From positions 1 to 14,645 of the forward strand of contig MTSL01000011.1 in NCBI GenBank assembly GCA_002794465.1: a stretch of DNA of 14,645 bases, in the 5' to 3' direction. The notes below the pieces were generated by a model. It was given only the letters and a program-made list of their open reading frames with translations. It did not search any database and was not told the DNA's origin. The stretch's first letter is position 1. Each line of letters starts with the position of its first letter. The stretch comes from Paramicrosporidium saccamoebae KSL3. Its lineage: Eukaryota > Fungi > Cryptomycota. Below are positions 1 through 8,562 of the stretch, in pieces. The position numbers were made by a program, and so were the translations under genes.

Positions 1-201
1 ATCACAAAATACTTGAACCACCCCACTGATCTTGGCGAATCCAAGCCGGCTCCCAAGCGCACCCCTCAGAAGCGCAAGGCGGCAAGCCCCAAATCACGAA
101 AGGCCAAGGTGGCCAAGACGGAGATGGCAGTGGACGAGACTGAATCCGAGGAGGATGCCTCCATGCTGGAGGACTTGCAGGTTCGTGACGATGAAGAGTA
201 A
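1..201 (+). CDS. 3' end of a gene starting upstream of the window; basic then acidic low-complexity tail, product unknown
   Basis: Frame 1 is open from base 1 (ITKYLNHP...) to TAA at 199-201. It encodes a K/R-rich NLS-like stretch (PKRTPQKRKAASPKSRKAK) followed by an acidic tail, and AT-rich intergenic DNA follows. Confidence 0.75.
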   Translation: MTKYLNHPTDLGESKPAPKRTPQKRKAASPKSRKAKVAKTEMAVDETESEEDASMLEDLQVRDDEE

Positions 202-381
202 GTACTACTGATTCAGTTTTGTAAATGAAGGATTTTATGACTGTGTTATGGTTGGTGATTTGCGGGCTGTGAGGTCAGTGTTTGTAATAATTACTATTTA
301 CTGAGGATATGATGCAATCTCTCACAAATATGCCTCTTTTTTATTTAGACAACTCGCTACGTGGACAAGGTCGCCTTCACT

Positions 382-738
382 TTATCTAATGGGCTGGTCA
401 GACTTGTTCAAGCAAGAAGGAGCACTTTTGCTCAGTTTTGCATCAACCGCCCACTTTGGCTCCATTTCTTCCATCAACTTTTCCTTCTTCTCCCAATCTA
501 TGCGATCAAAGACTGGTGCAGGCTCCAATTGTCCTGTTATCCAATCTTCTGCCATCATCGACACTCCTTGTGCAGCCAACGGCGCATAATCTCCGTCGAT
601 CCGCACTGGTTGCATTGGCACATCAAGCTGGCCGTGCGTCGACTGGTGGCTCCATTGGGTGCTGTCCTCTAGCGGACTGAATGTGTGGGCATAGCGCATG
701 GGAACGTTGCTTCTCTTATTCTCCATCACCCGATGCAT
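382..738 (-). CDS. hypothetical protein, about 118 aa
   Basis: The first ATG in the 382..789 ORF is at 738 (the track start is TTG). Minus-strand AATAAA at 340-345 lies after the stop, and ATTGG on its sense strand at 786-790 lies about 50 nt upstream. It is divergent from HSP20. No family recognised. Confidence 0.6.
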   Translation of the reverse strand: MHRVMENKRSNVPMRYAHTFSPLEDSTQWSHQSTHGQLDVPMQPVRIDGDYAPLAAQGVSMMAEDWITGQLEPAPVFDRIDWEKKEKLMEEMEPKWAVDAKLSKSAPSCLNKSDQPIR

Positions 739-785
739 GGACGTCTGTCGTAGTATATGCGGGCCAAGACATGTCTCACAGGCCA

Positions 786-845
786 CCAATCAAATCTTCC
801 AAATAGACTCTAGCTCGACTCAACTTTGATTGGCTCGCATATAAA
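786..845. promoter_or_regulatory. compact divergent promoter: two opposed CCAAT boxes and a TATA box
   Basis: CCAAT at 786-790, ATTGG at 829-833 and TATAAA at 840-845, the last 22 nt before the HSP20 ATG. No canonical nGAAnnTTCn heat-shock element is seen. Confidence 0.5.
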
Positions 846-867
846 TTCAGAATCTATTTGACTCAGA

Positions 868-1497
868 ATGATGGCAATGATGGATCCCTTTGATCTAGAT
901 GCCTACGTGACTCAGCGCATGCGTGAATTGTTTGGTCCCGATGTCGAGGCGCTCTTCCCAGCGCGCACTCCGGTTATTCGACAGCGCCTGGAAGAGGAGG
1001 ATCCCGAAGAGTTGCTCGAGCAACAGCCAACCACGCATCAGTTGAGTCGCATGGCGAGGCAGTTTATTCCAATCGACATTTATGAGAGCGAGGACGGATA
1101 CATGGTAGAGGCAAGTCTACCAGGAGTTCCCAAGGACAAGATTGAAGCACATGTCGACCATAACAACGTTCTGTCCATCCTCGCCCGACCCTCGCCTCTT
1201 ATTACCCATGCCTGCGGTCAATCCGACCGACCGTCTGGCAAGGAGGTAAGACAACCTGTCCCGCCAACGCCGCAAGAGTCGCCATCGAAGGATGTTGTCA
1301 AATCGAAAAGGGAGGAGGACGTGCCACATAATTTCTTATTATCAGAGAGACAGAGAGGCAAGCTGTATCGCAGTATCCGCCTGCCTAAGCATGCAGATGC
1401 ACAGAACGTAAAGACTTGCTTGGAGAATGGCATACTTTGTCTCAGTTTTTCAAAGCTCCCATCAGCAGAAGTGTCTCATCAAATTGAGATCAAGTAG
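868..1497 (+). CDS. HSP20: small heat-shock protein (HSP20/alpha-crystallin domain)
   Basis: Alpha-crystallin motifs PIDIYESEDGYMVEASLPGVPKDKIEAHV, ERQRGKLYRSIRLP and LENGILCLSF; C-terminal IXI motif (QIEIK); AATAAA at 1520-1525. Confidence 0.93.
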   Translation: MMAMMDPFDLDAYVTQRMRELFGPDVEALFPARTPVIRQRLEEEDPEELLEQQPTTHQLSRMARQFIPIDIYESEDGYMVEASLPGVPKDKIEAHVDHNNVLSILARPSPLITHACGQSDRPSGKEVRQPVPPTPQESPSKDVVKSKREEDVPHNFLLSERQRGKLYRSIRLPKHADAQNVKTCLENGILCLSFSKLPSAEVSHQIEIK

Positions 1498-1536
1498 TCT
1501 CAATCATAGCCATGATGTAAATAAAGGCAGGCATAA

Positions 1537-1608
1537 TCCCTGTTCGTATAGTGGTTAGTACACATGCCTGTCACGCATGAGACCGGAGTTCGATTCTCCG
1601 ACGGGGAG
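1537..1608 (+). tRNA. tRNA-Asp (anticodon GTC), 72 nt, intronless
   Basis: The cloverleaf folds by eye: acceptor TCCCTGT/ACGGGGA, D-arm GTAT...GTAC with GG, anticodon stem CATGC/GCATG with loop CT-GTC-AC (GTC at 1570-1572), T-arm CGGAG-TTCGATT-CTCCG, discriminator G. There is no encoded CCA, as expected for a eukaryote. Confidence 0.97.
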
Positions 1609-1610
1609 AC

Positions 1611-1615
1611 TTTTT
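1611..1615 (+). terminator. RNA polymerase III terminator (T5) of tRNA-Asp
   Basis: TTTTT begins 2 nt after the discriminator base. Confidence 0.8.
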
Positions 1616-1777
1616 GGCGAGTTTAGTGGAGTAATATGTAGGACTAGAGAGAGTCTGTGCTCATGATTGGTAATCCCAGTAGCTATCTTACAAGCCGGTG
1701 GGTTGAGGTGAGGAATGGCGGCTTATAAAGGCACTTTTAATAAGAATACTCGTGCATTAACAAGGTCCTTACTTTTT
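1616..1777 (+). ncRNA. candidate structured ncRNA of unknown class
   Basis: The ends can pair (AGTAA 1630-34 with TTACT 1769-73; GGACT 1641-45 with GGTCC 1764-68). There is an internal 9/10-bp stem (1688-97 with 1719-28), an A-box-like start (GGCGAGTTTAGTGG) and a T5 at 1773-77. No hallmark motif of a known RNA family was matched. Confidence 0.25.
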
Positions 1778-1850
1778 ATCCCATAGGCAAGTCTTGCTTT
1801 AAGCATCACACTCAAAGTCGGGTAAGCAAGCATACGAGCGGGGAATACAC

Positions 1851-3722
1851 CTAAATCTGTTTATTTTGCATTGAGAGGAGTAATCCATGGGCTGGACTCT
1901 TGTCTGCTTTTGCCGATTCGAGCAGATCCGAGGCAGAGCCCTCATTGCACCGATCGGCCAACAACGCCTTTAGTTCGGCATCCATCGTTTCCATAAAATC
2001 ATCCATACTCGACTCGGAAGATGCCACCATTTCATCCTTGGATGGTTTTTGGCCCATTTCAAAACCAGCATCGTCGTCCGAGGACATGTATTGACTTTCA
2101 TTGTCGGAGGATTCTAAGGCAGTGGTACCATCCACGTTACTCACATCATCCATATTATCCACATCATCTGCACTATCCATATCGTCAATGGGGCGAGCAC
2201 GAGTACGTGCCTCTGCAACTTTAGTAGGGTCAATGTCGGCAATTCCTTTTTGAATTCCAGTTTTCGGTACAGTAGAGGTGGCTTTTCTGTCAAACTGTTG
2301 GAATGCTGTTAGGAATTGCGCCTTGTCGAAGCCAAGAGTATCGCAATTAGTTACAATTTTCATGAGCAAGTCAGGGTCCGTAGAGATGGCTTCCAGAATC
2401 TCTGTCATGATGAGTTCCTCATCAGTTGCATTGGACTCTTCGGATGTGTCATCAGATAAATCGGCATAGTCAATGCCATCATGACCACTAGTGGCTCGCA
2501 TAAATTCCAGCAAGCGGGAATTCATCCTTGGGTTGTCATCTTCTTCAATCATTTTCTGTAAAACATCTTCAGACTCTTTCTCATTTAGCTGGACCCCATT
2601 CATTTTCTGCGATATTTCATTCATTATATCGCCCTCTTCGAGGTTTAGCCAGCCAAGACTGTCATCTGGTCCATGATACTCCTCAACGGTGAGATTTTCA
2701 TTCTTGGCCAGTAGAGGGAATGAATCAACAGTGGAGTCTAACCTGAAATGACGAACAAGTTCCGGTTCCACCTCTACACGTACATTGTCCCTTTCCTTAT
2801 CGTCATCGTATAACATGGTACATTCGGCTCCAATGGCAAGCTTTAAGCCAAGACTGTGGGCGAGATAGTCAGATGATTCTTCAGCTGGCATTGGATATCC
2901 CCGTGGCGGATGCACCTGCTGACAGAGTGTCCGAGCAAACTGCGTTCTTGTAAATGCAACTCGAATGGAGCACAAATCTATAGAGCCATCTGTGAGGCGC
3001 ACCTTTTTCAAGAGCGACGCCTTGGCCATTTCGGTACATACAGTGAGGCTCTTCAAGATCTTTGATATCTTCCCAGGACGCATCTGGAGCATGGCAGCTA
3101 CCTTCCTGGGGACTATGCACCGTGTGAAATGTAAATCCTGACTTTTGCCTCTAAACCGGACCATTTTTTCCTTGATGGCATTCTGTATGGACGGATTGGC
3201 AATGGCACTTTTGGCACAGCCTCTCATAAACTCGAGACTTTTCTGTAGGGTAGGCTTTGCAACGTCTTTTACGCCAATTATATGAACGTTACCGTCCTTT
3301 ACAAAGACTCTATGGGCGCTCGTGTCTGGCTCAAGCCAATCTGGGAGGTACTCGGCAGCCTCAATCAAGAGAAATTCGCCATCTGCATCAGATATAGAAA
3401 TAATTACTCCTGGCAAGGTCTTGGAAACTTCCAATAACAGAAACGTAATAAACCACTCATCCTCAATACCGTCTCCAAAGAAAACTTTTCCATACAGATG
3501 CGTTCCAGCAGGTTGCAAGTCGAACGGCTCCTCGAACCAAATGTACGTCCTGACTATTGGAGGGCAGTTTTCAAGAATGGCGAGACGAAGCGCCTCAAGG
3601 TACTGCTTCATAAAATCCACAGGTGGTGTGCTATATAGTTGGCGGGCATTCTCTACATCTGTGGGATCTGGATACACTGAAAATTGAACAAACTCTTCCA
3701 AGATGGGGTCAGAGCCAAGCAT
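1851..3722 (-). CDS. ECD: ecdysoneless / hSGT1-family protein (ECD), 623 aa
   Basis: Characteristic N-terminal motifs YIWFEEPFDL, FGDGIEDEWFITFLLLEVS and DADGEFLLIEAAEYLPDWLEP; middle motifs LAHSLGLKLAIGAE and GPDDSLGWLNL; acidic C-terminus. TA-rich tract at 3750-3763 upstream; AATAAA within the last codons (1860-1865). Confidence 0.9.
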   Translation of the reverse strand: MLGSDPILEEFVQFSVYPDPTDVENARQLYSTPPVDFMKQYLEALRLAILENCPPIVRTYIWFEEPFDLQPAGTHLYGKVFFGDGIEDEWFITFLLLEVSKTLPGVIISISDADGEFLLIEAAEYLPDWLEPDTSAHRVFVKDGNVHIIGVKDVAKPTLQKSLEFMRGCAKSAIANPSIQNAIKEKMVRFRGKSQDLHFTRCIVPRKVAAMLQMRPGKISKILKSLTVCTEMAKASLLKKVRLTDGSIDLCSIRVAFTRTQFARTLCQQVHPPRGYPMPAEESSDYLAHSLGLKLAIGAECTMLYDDDKERDNVRVEVEPELVRHFRLDSTVDSFPLLAKNENLTVEEYHGPDDSLGWLNLEEGDIMNEISQKMNGVQLNEKESEDVLQKMIEEDDNPRMNSRLLEFMRATSGHDGIDYADLSDDTSEESNATDEELIMTEILEAISTDPDLLMKIVTNCDTLGFDKAQFLTAFQQFDRKATSTVPKTGIQKGIADIDPTKVAEARTRARPIDDMDSADDVDNMDDVSNVDGTTALESSDNESQYMSSDDDAGFEMGQKPSKDEMVASSESSMDDFMETMDAELKALLADRCNEGSASDLLESAKADKSPAHGLLLSMQNKQI

Positions 3723-4025
3723 TTACCCTGGCCAATCCAGTAAGCTTGGTATATATTATATATGTGGTAGGCAGAATGGCGAGTCCTTTGTTCGGAATAA
3801 GCCAATTACTAAGAGGGGATGCGCAATGGAAAAATCATGCTCTCGGCTAATAAAAAAACTTCCTTGCGGCCTGAAAAAGTACGTGGTGACCTTTCCATCA
3901 CGCGAAATATAGACAGCCCATAATAATCCCACCACATGACACATCAATAACAACCCCACCGCTTGGGCATTTGATAAAGTTCTGGATTAAGTAAGAGTCG
4001 AAATATTTCCAAATTGGGATAACTG

Positions 4026-5545
4026 ATGGGCACAACGACAAGGTCGCTCGGAAAGGAACTGTGGATTGGATTGTTTATACTTCGGGCATTGAATGCCGTG
4101 TTTGTGCAGACATATTTCGATCCTGATGAATATTGGCAAACCATAGAGGTTGCTCATCATGCCGTGTTTGGCTACGGATGGTTGTCTTGGGAGTGGACCG
4201 TTGGATTGCGCTCCGTCTTTTCCTTGCTTCCTTTTATGGCCTATTTCCAACTATTGCGGCTGTTTTCAGTCGACACTGATCTCGCCGTGGTATGCAATGA
4301 GCGGTAAGGTTGACAATTTAGATTTATGGACCGAGGATTCTCCAGGCGAGTGTGGCAGCTACTTGTGACTATTTGGTTTATCGGCTTGCGCTACGGCTGT
4401 TTAGAAATGAAAAGATTGCCGAGACGTCCGTGTATCTAATGCTGGGCAATTTTTGGAACTTTGCGTATTCTACGCGAACGCTCTCAAACAACATTGAGAC
4501 GATGCTCGTCTTGATGTCATTGCTCTTCTTACCAGTGGGGATCAAACTGTCCGAGCCAAAGACGACCCTAGGTGTGTTTCTCATGGGACTGAGTATTCTC
4601 AACCGACCCTCGGCCATCACGCACTGGATCGCTCCACTGCTCAAAATATTCTACAGCTGCTCTGGCCCAAAGAGCCGTTTGTTAGCCCGAGTTGCAATCT
4701 CAGCTGGTTTGGTGGCATCCTTTGGCGTTTTAATTGACAGTCTGTATTATGGAAAGCTAACGATTAGTTGGTGGAATTTTGTCCAGTTCAACTTTTTTCA
4801 AGGGATCAGTAAATTCTACGGTACCTCGCCTTGGCATTACCACCTTGTGCAGACAATCCCACTTATGTGTAATACCACCCTACCGCTCATACTCTATGCC
4901 CTCTCCTCAAAAGCGGATTTAATGTTCATTTTGCAGTTTCTTGTCGGATCAGTCTTTTTCAATAGTCTTTTGCCCCACAAGGAATTCCGGTTTTTAGCGC
5001 CGATAGCGCCGCTTCTAATGGTACTAGCTGGGCTTGGCTATTGGATGCTTTTTGGAAATCGGAATCGCAAACTAAAGACGGCCCTCGTGCTGCTCATTTT
5101 CGTGTCGAACGTGGTGATGGGCGTCTATCTTACCCGTGTCCATCAAAGCGGAGTTGTAAAGGTGATGGATTACTTGCGGACAGAGATAGACAATGGAGAG
5201 GTGAATGGAATACATTTTGCAATGCCATGTCACTCCACACCATTTTATGGCTATCTACACAGAAATGTACCCATGACGTTCATCACGTGTCATCCACCTG
5301 TGGGGCTACCAAAGGACAAATATTTTGACGAGAGTGATATTTTCCAGAAAGACCCTGCAGCGCATCTCTCTCAGACTATAACCCAGACTGTCTCTCACGT
5401 GGTACTGTTTGAAGAGCTACTGTCTAGGCCCAACATTAGGGACAGTCTTTCTCATTTCCAATTGTGCTGGAGGGCTTTTAATTCAAATTGGAATCCCGAC
5501 CAGCGTCGCACTGGTGACGTACTGGTCTACTGTCGTCGTCAATAA
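4026..5545 (+). CDS. PIGB: GPI mannosyltransferase 3 (PIG-B/GPI10); exons 4026-4289 and 4322-5545, about 495 aa
   Basis: Exon 1 has VFVQTYFDPDEYWQTIEVAH and SWEW. Exon 2 has RTLSNNIET, PWHYHLVQ, SLLPHKEFRF, HQSG and MPCHSTP. The 32-nt intron GTATGC...TTGAC...TTTAG (4290-4321) joins the two ORFs in frame (LAV|IYGPRILQA). Confidence 0.93.
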
Positions 5546-5575
5546 ATGAGATGATGCAGGTTTATTGCTCGGCCT

Positions 5576-5926
5576 TTAGGCCTTTCCAGTATTAGCGGGG
5601 AGGAAATACTTTGCAAAAAAGATGACAAAAACAATACCGGTGACCACGGCAGCAGCCAGCAATATATTGTAGAGGGTGCAGTACGTGGTGATGGGACATT
5701 TGCTCGGAGGTTTCTCATCTGGTTCCGATACTATCGGCTCGGTAAGCGGAGCCTTTCCAGCGGGTTCGGCCGTGGGCAAATCACCAGCTGGTTTATCCTC
5801 AGCGGGTCCATGACAGCATCCCGGTTTGCTGTGAGCGATAGTCCCAGCTGCATCCGTTGCCGGCACAAGCAGGACCAGCCCCGCCAAGAGGCCGAGCACG
5901 AGGAGCACATAAAATTTCGTCTTCAT
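5576..5926 (-). CDS. small type-I membrane or secreted protein, about 116 aa, unknown family
   Basis: ATG at 5926; hydrophobic signal peptide (FYVLLVLGLLAGLVLLVPATDA), Pro-rich spacer with Cys residues, C-terminal TM (ILLAAAVVTGIVFVIFFA); minus-strand AATAAA at 5561-5566. Confidence 0.75.
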   Translation of the reverse strand: MKTKFYVLLVLGLLAGLVLLVPATDAAGTIAHSKPGCCHGPAEDKPAGDLPTAEPAGKAPLTEPIVSEPDEKPPSKCPITTYCTLYNILLAAAVVTGIVFVIFFAKYFLPANTGKA

Positions 5927-5953
5927 TCGCAAATAAATTTATTAAAGATGACT

Positions 5954-6694
5954 TTAAATCTGCGTGGACACTAAAATTATATACAGACAAGTGCTAAGGA
6001 CAATTATAGACAACACAATAGCCATAGTCCACATGACCCTCGTTGTACTAAACCATCCTCCGCGTTCTACCTCGCCCAGACATTCTGCACAGCCACAATT
6101 TTTCTTTTTTGGTTCGGGATTGAATGGTTGCGTTGGAGTCCGCAACAGCGTCTTGCGTGCAAAATCAAAAGAAGTTGATTCTGGATCATCTTTGATCCTG
6201 GAGCGTTCTTTTTGCGAATAGTTGGCGGCTAGAATCCTTGATGGTCCTGACGGTCCTGATGGGCGTGGTGGTCTTGAGAATCGGCTTAGTGTTGGAACGC
6301 GACCTGATAAAGAGCATTCTGACGCTATTGCCCAATTACTCGTCAAAGTATGGCTTTCCATAGAGGATTCATAACTGCTTGACGTGTCACTCTGCGACCT
6401 GGCCTTGGCCGTGTTCCGCGTGATCTTATAATAATCTTTCGGCACTGTGTAACTATATTCACCGGTAGCCACTGTTGGCAGTGAATCGTCTGCCAGCCGG
6501 CGATAAAAGCGCACCTGTTTTGGTGCTCCTATCCTTCGGGGGCCCTTGCGGAGTATACTAGGCGGATTGCATGTCGAGTTTATCAATGTTCTGGTGCGCT
6601 TGTCGCCTCTGCACCGGACCAGTGTGCATTGGTGGGCAAGGATAAAGAGCATGGTGGGCATTAGTCTGTAGAACCACCATCTAATGGACCGCAT
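5954..6694 (-). CDS. hypothetical protein with possible signal peptide, Ser/Pro-rich disordered middle and C-terminal TM (up to 246 aa)
   Basis: Long ORF with a hydrophobic N-terminus (the start could be M1, M12 or M15), a CGCAEC motif and a terminal TM (VMWTMAIVLSIIVLSTCLYIILV); minus-strand AATAAA at 5938-5943. Confidence 0.7.
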   Translation of the reverse strand: MRSIRWWFYRLMPTMLFILAHQCTLVRCRGDKRTRTLINSTCNPPSILRKGPRRIGAPKQVRFYRRLADDSLPTVATGEYSYTVPKDYYKITRNTAKARSQSDTSSSYESSMESHTLTSNWAIASECSLSGRVPTLSRFSRPPRPSGPSGPSRILAANYSQKERSRIKDDPESTSFDFARKTLLRTPTQPFNPEPKKKNCGCAECLGEVERGGWFSTTRVMWTMAIVLSIIVLSTCLYIILVSTQI

Positions 6695-6861
6695 CGACGG
6701 TAATTGTCGTTACACCAGTAGTCGTTATAATAATTTGATAACCAGACGACGTGATTGGCCAATTTCCTCGGAATTAAATTTCGGCAACCGCGTCTCATGA
6801 AAGATGAGATGGATTGATGACGAGCACAAAACAGGTATAATGGCGGTATTTATACAATAAT

Positions 6862-7890
6862 CTATAAAGGATCCAATTTGCTCCGGATCCAGTAGTACAT
6901 GCCAAAGCCGGTAATCAATGTTAAGAATAGCACGGCAAATATTCCCAGGAGCAATGTGCCTTTGGGAAAGCGATGGAAATGTGTGACTGGCTCTGCGCCA
7001 GGCACGCAAAAATCTGCTAGCACCGGCAAATGGTCCGAAGCAAAAGACAAGTATAGGTATGCGCCTAAAAGATGCACTTCTGCATTCTTGGCCACAAAGA
7101 TATGGTCGCTCTCCATGTCTCGCCACGATGTAAAGGCAGGATGTGGCCAGCCTAGGGCATCAAAGGCACTCCTAAAGGGGATTATAGGGAGCCGTACTTT
7201 GCCGGGCATTTCCGCTGCCACAATGTAGTAATCCAACTTGTACAGTTTGATCTTTTCCTTAATGTAGCTCCTGACAATCAAGTCGTGAATATCGTTTGCA
7301 ATTTTTGCATCAAAGAGGCCAACATGGTGCCTGCCGAACAGTAAGCTAACAAATGTGATACCGTGTATGGCGTCCAATTTCATAAAGTCTACATGTTTGA
7401 ATGGAATTCGAGAGGCAATCAGCGTTCCAAATGACGCTTTCATGCAGCTCCCGAAATGAAAATCGCCGTACTCTAGCGCTTTGAGTACATCCCATAACGG
7501 TCCGGTCGGCTTTACAATCTCGTTTCTGCTCTCTACATCACCCGTCTTGCTTAAATACGCCTCTGCCGGCTTTGGTACCTCCCTCAGCACCACCACTGAG
7601 GCTTGCAGTACCTCCAGGTCGGCCTTTATCCTCTTGCGATTGTCTCCCGTTTTCCACAAGTCACGCTGATAGTTTGCATTGTGCGTGACTACCCGCACCA
7701 CGTCACGGCCCATTCGAGGAATTCTCGGGTTCACATGGGGAAAGTACTTTTGTAGGCGTTTGTGATAGGTGGTACGGCTGGGCGCTCCATCGCTGTATTT
7801 GGGTGGCAAGAGTGGAGGGAATCCGCGGGTAGGACAATCAGAGAGTGCTGATGCAAGTAACAGGACAAGCAGGAGTTGATGCTGCATCAT
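6862..7890 (-). CDS. signal-peptide, TM-anchored EEP (endonuclease/exonuclease/phosphatase)-fold protein with degenerate active site, 342 aa
   Basis: EEP-like motifs occur in order: VRVVTHNA, VVVLREV, FGTLIASRIP, FTSW...DHIF and SDHLPVLADF. N-terminal signal peptide (LLLVLLLASALS) and C-terminal TM (LLLGIFAVLFLTLITGFGMYYW). Confidence 0.75.
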   Translation of the reverse strand: MMQHQLLLVLLLASALSDCPTRGFPPLLPPKYSDGAPSRTTYHKRLQKYFPHVNPRIPRMGRDVVRVVTHNANYQRDLWKTGDNRKRIKADLEVLQASVVVLREVPKPAEAYLSKTGDVESRNEIVKPTGPLWDVLKALEYGDFHFGSCMKASFGTLIASRIPFKHVDFMKLDAIHGITFVSLLFGRHHVGLFDAKIANDIHDLIVRSYIKEKIKLYKLDYYIVAAEMPGKVRLPIIPFRSAFDALGWPHPAFTSWRDMESDHIFVAKNAEVHLLGAYLYLSFASDHLPVLADFCVPGAEPVTHFHRFPKGTLLLGIFAVLFLTLITGFGMYYWIRSKLDPL

Positions 7891-8006
7891 GACTGACTAT
7901 CAAGAGGGCTACTTTTCTATTGGTTCTAAGACGAAAATGCCTTTTTATTGGTGCAAGTAATTCGTACCGGGTAACATTCGCCCCTCTCGAGTTATACGAG
8001 CATGCT

Positions 8007-8020
8007 AGAGAGAGAGAGAG
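8007..8020. repeat. (AG)7 microsatellite
   Basis: AGAGAGAGAGAGAG in the LSM2-EEP intergenic region. Confidence 0.9.
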
Positions 8021-8080
8021 TATGGGAAGGTGTATAGCTGCCGATCAATAATATCTGATAAAAGGTCTTTACATTTATAA

Positions 8081-8422
8081 TTATTGGGCAGCGACTGACT
8101 TTTGCTGCGCGGCAACGTGAGCAGCTTCCCTCCTGGCGGCATCTTGCAGTAGCTCAACATCCACAGCATCCTCTGGTATCGTCACATACCTCACCACTGA
8201 GCCTCTAATGAAGCAGTCCTTTACAGACAACATGTGTGGGTAACGTTCGACATCGTGCACCTCGATAGAGGACAGCTTCATGTTGAGGAACTGGTCGACC
8301 GATTGGAGAGTGCCTGTAAGCACCATGTCGTTCTTCAATTCAATGTCGACCGTCTTGCCAATCATAGTTTTGAAGAAGGAATAGAATATCTATGGTGAGA
8401 CCAACTGCTCTTGTTATACCAT
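8081..8422 (-). CDS. LSM2: U6 snRNA-associated Sm-like protein LSm2; exon 1 is ATG only (8420-8422), exon 2 is 8081-8389, 103 aa
   Basis: Sm1 and Sm2 motifs ELKND...GTLQSVDQFLNMKL and FIRGSVVRYV. The 30-nt intron GTATAA...CTCAC CATAG (8390-8419) restores the typical N-terminus M-IFYSFFKT. Confidence 0.95.
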
Positions 8423-8562
8423 TGTGGAGGAGCTTTGAGAGAGTAGGCCAGGGATAAGAGGTCTGTTATGAGAGAGTACATCATGTCATGTCACATCCCA
8501 TCACACCATAGCGTACCTAAAGACCGGCTTCAACTGACCGTTTGTCACAAGTTTGGGATAAA

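Noticed and set aside
382-738. Apc13/Swm1 resemblance
   Set aside because: There is only vague similarity by eye and no convincing conserved motif.
1716-1787. Micro-ORF MAAYKGTFNK... after the tRNA
   Set aside because: It is only 21-23 codons with or without a weak 22-nt intron candidate, and has no recognisable product.
3756-3959. 67-aa ORF in the ECD/PIG-B divergent intergenic region
   Set aside because: It is short with a GTG start, ends inside the ECD TA-rich promoter tract, and has no homology or poly(A) support.
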